DNA from: Bdellovibrionales bacterium
GTDB lineage: Bacteria > Bdellovibrionota > Bdellovibrionia > Bdellovibrionales > JAGQZY01
Length of the DNA: 64,000 bases
Direction: 5' to 3'
Assembly: GCA_964230645.1 (NCBI GenBank)
Contig: CAXRHT010000001.1
Coordinates: 320,001-384,000, forward strand
A program made the position numbers and the translations under genes. The notes under the pieces were generated by a model that worked only from the letters and a program-made list of their open reading frames with translations, was not told where the DNA came from and ran no database searches. Numbering within the stretch: position 1 is the first letter of the stretch; each line of letters begins with the position of its first letter. Below are positions 59,032 through 64,000 of the stretch, one piece after another.

Positions 59032-60166
59032 TGCAATACTCTCCTGTTAAAACAAAGTTTTTTGCGGTGACCACAACATCGGAAACTTTAAAACCTAGAA
59101 CAGGTTCAATTTGGTCACTGCTTAAACGTTTAATTTTCTCTATATCAGAACGATCGTACTCAGAAATTCCGGCAGCAAAAACAGCACCGTCGTGGACAAT
59201 ATCCACACAATCGCCTTTATAAAAGTCTCCTTGTGCATCGAGAATACCCGCTGGGCCTAAAGAGCCCCCCTTTTTAATGATCTCAAAAGCATTGTCACTG
59301 ACTTCGATATGGCAGTTGAGCTTTTTAGTAGAGATCAGCCAGGCCTTGTGATTCTCCGGGTTATAGTCGGAGTTCGGTCCAAAAAAGGTTCCTATCTTCT
59401 GAGTTAAGGGATCAAGAATGATACGGTCATTATCTTTAGAAGATATGATGGCTTTAATTCCAAGAGGGGTGACTTTGTTCACCGCATGCACTTTGGATTC
59501 CATCCCTCCCCTGCCGACATCGGTTTTCGCCGTCATATCGATATTGTCAAAAGTCTCACCGAAAGGAACATGGTTGATCAACTGAGCTTCTTTTTCGGCC
59601 GGGTCCATGTCAAAAAGCCCTTTGGCACTAGTAACAATCACAAGCGCATCGGCATTGATCATTTGCGCCGCAGATGCTGCTAAGTGATCGTTATCACCTA
59701 AAGTATTTTTCGTATAAGAGATTGAATCATTTTCGTTCAAAATTGGTGTGACATGATTTTTTAACAACACTTCAATCGTCTGCCTAGCATGAGAAAAACG
59801 CTGAGGGTTTCTGAAGTCATCGTGAGTCAATAAAATTTGCGAGCAAATATGATCGTGGTCTTCAAAAAGATTTGAATATTTATTGATTAGCTTTGGTTGC
59901 CCTATGGAACTTGCTGACTGTTGCAAGTCAATCCCGCCATCTTTAGGAAGCATTTTCTTTAAAAAGGCTTTGCCGACGCTGACAGCACCTGAGCTTACCA
60001 AGACGATTTCATAGCCTTGATCGGTGAGGTCGATGATGTCTTCGACGATAATTCGCATTTTTCGAAGGTCGCAACGGCCATTTTTTTTCGTGACTACGTT
60101 ACTGCCAACTTTAACAACGATTCGCTTACAATCAGAAAGTTCTGGGCGCAGTGATATTAACGACAT
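59024..60166 (-). CDS. proB: Glutamate 5-kinase with PUA domain
   Basis: VVKVGS, VSSGAV, GQ, NEND, GDND.L, G.GGM.SK, C-terminal PUA domain. Confidence 0.96.
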   Translation of the reverse strand: MSLISLRPELSDCKRIVVKVGSNVVTKKNGRCDLRKMRIIVEDIIDLTDQGYEIVLVSSGAVSVGKAFLKKMLPKDGGIDLQQSASSIGQPKLINKYSNLFEDHDHICSQILLTHDDFRNPQRFSHARQTIEVLLKNHVTPILNENDSISYTKNTLGDNDHLAASAAQMINADALVIVTSAKGLFDMDPAEKEAQLINHVPFGETFDNIDMTAKTDVGRGGMESKVHAVNKVTPLGIKAIISSKDNDRIILDPLTQKIGTFFGPNSDYNPENHKAWLISTKKLNCHIEVSDNAFEIIKKGGSLGPAGILDAQGDFYKGDCVDIVHDGAVFAAGISEYDRSDIEKIKRLSSDQIEPVLGFKVSDVVVTAKNFVLTGEYCNV

Positions 60167-60402
60167 GAGATGAAATCGAGCTTAACAATCCGAGAACTGA
60201 AAGTCAAAAATTGGGTCGACAGACTGGGCAAATTCACAAAAGCTTAACATTTCCCACTATTAACACCTATCGCCAATTCCTTTTGCTATAGGCCTCGCCT
60301 ATGCCAAGCCTTTTACTTTATTTAAAAGCGATCATTTAGTATCTAATTGATTGTCATTCCACTCAGATACTGGAAGAATGGCGCCTTCGCGGGGACGGCT
60401 GT

Positions 60403-61320
60403 ATGACAATAGAGGACTTGATGACAACCTCCATGAATCGTCATCAACAACTAGAACAAATCATTCATTACCATTTATCAACAGGTGGCAAACAACTGCG
60501 CGCTCAACTTGTTTTATCTCAGGCCGAGCAAGTGGGACTCGATAGTCAGAAAGCAAAAACCTGGGCCAGCGTCTGTGAGCTTCTTCATAATGCTACATTG
60601 ATCCATGATGATATCCAGGACAACGACCCCATTCGCCGGGGCCAAGCCAGTGTTTGGAAAAAATATGGACTGGCGCAAGCGATCAATGCCGGAGACCTTT
60701 TAATTTTTAGAGCTTTCACTTTGGCTTCCACTCTGAATAATACTCACTTGATTACAATTCTTGCAGAAATTTCTGAAAAATTAGTACTCGGACAATCCAT
60801 GGAACTCAGTCCCTTGAGCTCCGAAATGAATGAAACTTGGAAATACTATTTAAGAATGGCTGAACACAAAACGGGAGCCCTTTTTCTACTCCCCTCCATT
60901 GGCGTTCACATTCTCTCGGAAAACTCTCCCGATGCTAACAAAGAAAAAGCTTGGCTGAGCCTTGGACTTTGTTACCAGGTCCTCGATGACTTAAAAGACT
61001 ATTACGGCCTCAAGCAACAAGGGCAAAAGCAAAAAGATCTCCATGAAAAAAGACTCAATGCCTTGACCTCACTTCTTTTTGATCAAGGCTGTGAGCCGGA
61101 TTTGAGAAATCTCTACTTTAATGGACCATTAGAAACGGAGTGTTCTTGTATTGAGTCCGTCGTTAGCAAGATTGAAAGTCAAAAAATACCCTCTCGACTC
61201 ATCCTTTGGATTCGACAGGAAATGTCAAAGATGCAAAGTGTGCAAGAGCTAGAAACGGCTCAATTACTTTTCGACCATGTCGAAAATCAACTTTTATCTA
61301 TGGAGTCTAAAAATGAATAA
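60403..61320 (+). CDS. crtE: Polyprenyl (probably geranylgeranyl) diphosphate synthase
   Basis: GGK.LR, ELLHNATLIHDDIQD.D..RRG, AINAGD, KT, YQ..DD..D; start position uncertain. Confidence 0.88.
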   Translation: MTIEDLMTTSMNRHQQLEQIIHYHLSTGGKQLRAQLVLSQAEQVGLDSQKAKTWASVCELLHNATLIHDDIQDNDPIRRGQASVWKKYGLAQAINAGDLLIFRAFTLASTLNNTHLITILAEISEKLVLGQSMELSPLSSEMNETWKYYLRMAEHKTGALFLLPSIGVHILSENSPDANKEKAWLSLGLCYQVLDDLKDYYGLKQQGQKQKDLHEKRLNALTSLLFDQGCEPDLRNLYFNGPLETECSCIESVVSKIESQKIPSRLILWIRQEMSKMQSVQELETAQLLFDHVENQLLSMESKNE

Positions 61321-62803
61321 CCAAAAGAAAACAGCCATCGTCATTGGGACTGGTTTCGGTGGTCTTTCCTCTTGCTTTGAACTTTTAGCCAAAGGATACC
61401 AAGTTAAAGTTCTTGAAGCGGGCGACCAACCCGGAGGACGAGCTCGTGTCTTTAAGGAAAAGGGCTACACTTTTGACGCCGGCCCAACAGTTATTACAGC
61501 ACCCTACCTCTTTGATGACCTCTTTGAGTTGATTGGAGAAAAGCGCGAGGACTGGATTGAGTTTTTACCGATCGATCCCTTTTATCGCATACTCTTTGAT
61601 GATGGTAGTCAGTTTGATTATGTGGGAGACGAAGAAAGACTTATTGAAAACATTCGCCAACTGAATCCCGCTGATGTGGACGGCTACAAGAAGCTCGCCA
61701 AACACTCCCAAGAAATATTTGATGTTGGCTACACCAAGCTTGCCGATCAACCTTTTCACCGCTGGTCGGATATGGCAAAAGCCATTCCCGATATGATTCG
61801 CCTGCAGAACTATCGCAGCGTCTATTCCCTGGTTTCAAAATACATCAAAGATGAACGTTTACGCCAAGCTTTTAGCTTTGAACCTCTACTTGTTGGAGGA
61901 AACCCTTTTAAAATTACCTCTATATATCTTTTGATCCACTGGCTTGAGCGCAAATGGGGGGTGCATTTTGCAAAAGGAGGTACCACAGCTTTAGTCAACG
62001 CAATGGTTTCAGCTTTGGAATCAAAGAAGGTAGAATTTCATTACAATTGTCCGGTGGATTCTCTTCAAATTGAGAAAGGCAGAGTCTCAAAAGTTTACTC
62101 CTCTACTGGTGTTAGTTTTGATTGTGATCTGGTTGTTTCCAATGCCGACCCGGTTAAAGTTTACGATGAATGGATTGATCAGAAATGGCTCGGTCGCAAC
62201 CGTTCTCAAAAAGTGAGAAAAAAGAACCAGTCCATGAGTCTTTTTGTTTCCTATTTTGGAACTAAAAAAAAATTCGACAATATCGTTCACCACACTATTC
62301 TTCTGGGGCCACGCTATAAAGGGTTGCTCAACGATATTTTTGATAAGAAAAATCTAGCCGATGACTTCTCTCTTTATTTACATGCCCCTACAGTCACTGA
62401 TCAAAGCTTAGGGCCAGAGGGATCAGAGACCTTTTATGTACTATCGCCCGTACCGAACACTCTCAGTGGAGTGGATTGGGAGAGTAAAAGACAGGAGTAT
62501 CAAGACAGAATTTTTGAAAGTCTCGAGAAAAGACTCCTGCCAGGATTAAAAGAAAATTTGGATGTTTCGTTTAATATCACTCCTGACTACTTTCAAAACA
62601 CTCTGAGAAGTACCCATGGGTCCGCTTTCGGCATTGAGCCTTCTTTGCAGCAATCCGCCTATTTTCGATTTCACAATGAGTCCGATGAAGTCAAAGGGCT
62701 CTATTTTGTTGGAGCAAACACTCATCCTGGAGCCGGTGTTCCTGGAGTTATAAACTCAGCCAAGGTTTTACGTCGAATCGTGCCCTCTGTTGAGGAGTTG
62801 TAA
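61313..62803 (+). CDS. crtI: Phytoene desaturase
   Basis: G.GFGGL, GGRA, FDAGPTVIT, LLVGGNPF, GLYFVGA.THPGAGVPGV; ATG at 61313 behind GGAG. Confidence 0.95.
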   Translation: MNNQKKTAIVIGTGFGGLSSCFELLAKGYQVKVLEAGDQPGGRARVFKEKGYTFDAGPTVITAPYLFDDLFELIGEKREDWIEFLPIDPFYRILFDDGSQFDYVGDEERLIENIRQLNPADVDGYKKLAKHSQEIFDVGYTKLADQPFHRWSDMAKAIPDMIRLQNYRSVYSLVSKYIKDERLRQAFSFEPLLVGGNPFKITSIYLLIHWLERKWGVHFAKGGTTALVNAMVSALESKKVEFHYNCPVDSLQIEKGRVSKVYSSTGVSFDCDLVVSNADPVKVYDEWIDQKWLGRNRSQKVRKKNQSMSLFVSYFGTKKKFDNIVHHTILLGPRYKGLLNDIFDKKNLADDFSLYLHAPTVTDQSLGPEGSETFYVLSPVPNTLSGVDWESKRQEYQDRIFESLEKRLLPGLKENLDVSFNITPDYFQNTLRSTHGSAFGIEPSLQQSAYFRFHNESDEVKGLYFVGANTHPGAGVPGVINSAKVLRRIVPSVEEL

Positions 62804-63721
62804 ATGAGTACGGCTTTGGAAAACTCCTGGGAAGGTGTGATGAAAAAACACGCGAAGTCTTTTTACTTGGCTTCCTTGTTTTTCCCCAAAAGCCTTATGC
62901 CTCGAGTGAAGGCCCTTTACGCTCTTTGTCGCTGGCTCGATGATGCTGTCGATGAGGCTCCAAATTCTAAAGAGGCCTCCCAGAACTTAAATAAAATTGC
63001 GGATGACTTAAGAAAGCCCGTACCCGAAATGCCCGTGAATCGTTTGTATAAGTCCAATCAGCTCGACTCGGCTTATATCGAAGACCTTATTGAAGGGGCT
63101 CGTGATGATATGAAAACGGTGCGAATCAAAGATGAGGGTGAGTTGATTCAATACTGCTACAAGGTGGCCGGCACAGTGGGACTAGCGATGTTTGACCTAT
63201 TAAAAGTCGACTCTCCCTTAGCGCGGCCCCACGCCGTCGATTTGGGTATTGGAATGCAGATTACTAATATTTGTCGAGACGTCAAAGAAGACCTTGAGCG
63301 TAATCGAGTCTATATTCCAGAGACTCTTCTCCTTAAACATGGCGCAAGTGTCGAAAACTTATTAAATGGCACTTTTGACCCCGAAGCTCTCTCGAAAGCT
63401 GTGAGTGAATTACTAGACTTGGCCGACCTTTATTATCAAAGTGCTCAAAGTGCTTACAAAAATATTCCATGGAGAGCGCGAGGCGCTATTATCATAGCAT
63501 CAAGACTCTACCAGGGAATTGGTAAAAAGCTCAGAGACAGTGGCTCTAATCCTATGCTCGGCCGCACCTACCTTACTAAAACCGAAAAACTGCTCTGCCT
63601 TTTTAAGAGCATGACGGAATGGCTGCTGTCTCCTTTAAGGAAGGGAGCCCAACTTCAACACAACCGCGATCTACATCATTCACTCAAAACATGGAGTTCC
63701 CAGCGGGGGTTTGAAGTTTGA
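62804..63721 (+). CDS. crtB: Phytoene synthase
   Basis: SFYLAS, LYA.CR..DD.VD, YCY.VAGTVG, LGIGMQ.TNI.RDV.ED...RVY.P. Confidence 0.95.
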   Translation: MSTALENSWEGVMKKHAKSFYLASLFFPKSLMPRVKALYALCRWLDDAVDEAPNSKEASQNLNKIADDLRKPVPEMPVNRLYKSNQLDSAYIEDLIEGARDDMKTVRIKDEGELIQYCYKVAGTVGLAMFDLLKVDSPLARPHAVDLGIGMQITNICRDVKEDLERNRVYIPETLLLKHGASVENLLNGTFDPEALSKAVSELLDLADLYYQSAQSAYKNIPWRARGAIIIASRLYQGIGKKLRDSGSNPMLGRTYLTKTEKLLCLFKSMTEWLLSPLRKGAQLQHNRDLHHSLKTWSSQRGFEV

Positions 63722-64000
63722 CTTACCTGGATTTTCATTTCGCGTTTACAATCCCTCTCTTTTTCCTTATGAGCCTTGTTTCTTATAAGGCACACTCTTT
63801 TCAAGACAAGAAAAAATGGTTTGGCTGCGCTCTCTTATGTGTTTTAGCCTTTGTTTATACAACTCCCTGGGACAGTTATCTTATTCGTGAAAACATCTGG
63901 AACTATAGCCCAGGCCAGGTGGTTGGCACCCTTTTTTACATTCCCTTTGAGGAGTATTTTTTCTTTTTCATACAAAGTATTATCGGATGCTTATTCACAG
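63718..64000 (+). CDS. Membrane-type (fungal/haloarchaeal CrtYcd-like) lycopene cyclase, 5' part (runs off the window edge)
   Basis: Manual translation from TTG overlapping the crtB stop: MTYLDFHFAFTIP...AFVYTTPWDSYLIRENIWNY...VVGTLFYIPFEEYFFFFIQ; PWD, W.Y and P.EE motifs. Confidence 0.88.
   Translation, partial: MTYLDFHFAFTIPLFFLMSLVSYKAHSFQDKKKWFGCALLCVLAFVYTTPWDSYLIRENIWNYSPGQVVGTLFYIPFEEYFFFFIQSIIGCLFT

Noticed and set aside
54912..64000. tRNA-anchored genomic island
   Set aside because: No integrase and no duplicated tRNA 3' end were seen; the accessory-looking genes lie on the tRNA 5' side.

Overview
A 64-kb, gene-dense bacterial chromosome segment of mostly core genes. Gene content and style suggest a Gram-negative Bdellovibrionota-like organism (inference, not verified). 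No prophage, integrase, transposase or CRISPR array is visible. From left to right it holds: a partial CysQ/inositol-monophosphatase gene; rpmG; a six-gene Vibrio-TonB2-type energising operon next to three paralogous TonB-dependent receptors; secreted hypotheticals; RluA; a CPAF-like S41 lipoprotein protease; an M17 aminopeptidase; GT2, tyrS and infA; a TolC+RND pair with no adaptor; lysS; class I aldolase; queC plus DUF366; a 5-oxoprolinase with a fused C-terminal gamma-glutamylcyclotransferase domain; a MoxR-DUF58-transglutaminase operon; tRNA-Leu(GAG)-queA-tgt-yajC-secD-secF-recJ; a GAF hybrid kinase; proBAC; and the start of a crtE-crtI-crtB-membrane lycopene cyclase cluster. The strongest candidates for novelty are four. 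(1) The oxoprolinase-GGCT fusion joins two consecutive gamma-glutamyl-cycle steps in one polypeptide. (2) A family of REP-like palindromes has one arm independently stuttered into tandem mini-arrays, and two ~160-175 bp rod-like palindromes occur nearby. (3) A terminator-bounded candidate sRNA shows an anti-Shine-Dalgarno loop. (4) queC is coupled to DUF366. All family assignments come from motif recognition by eye; no searches were run.
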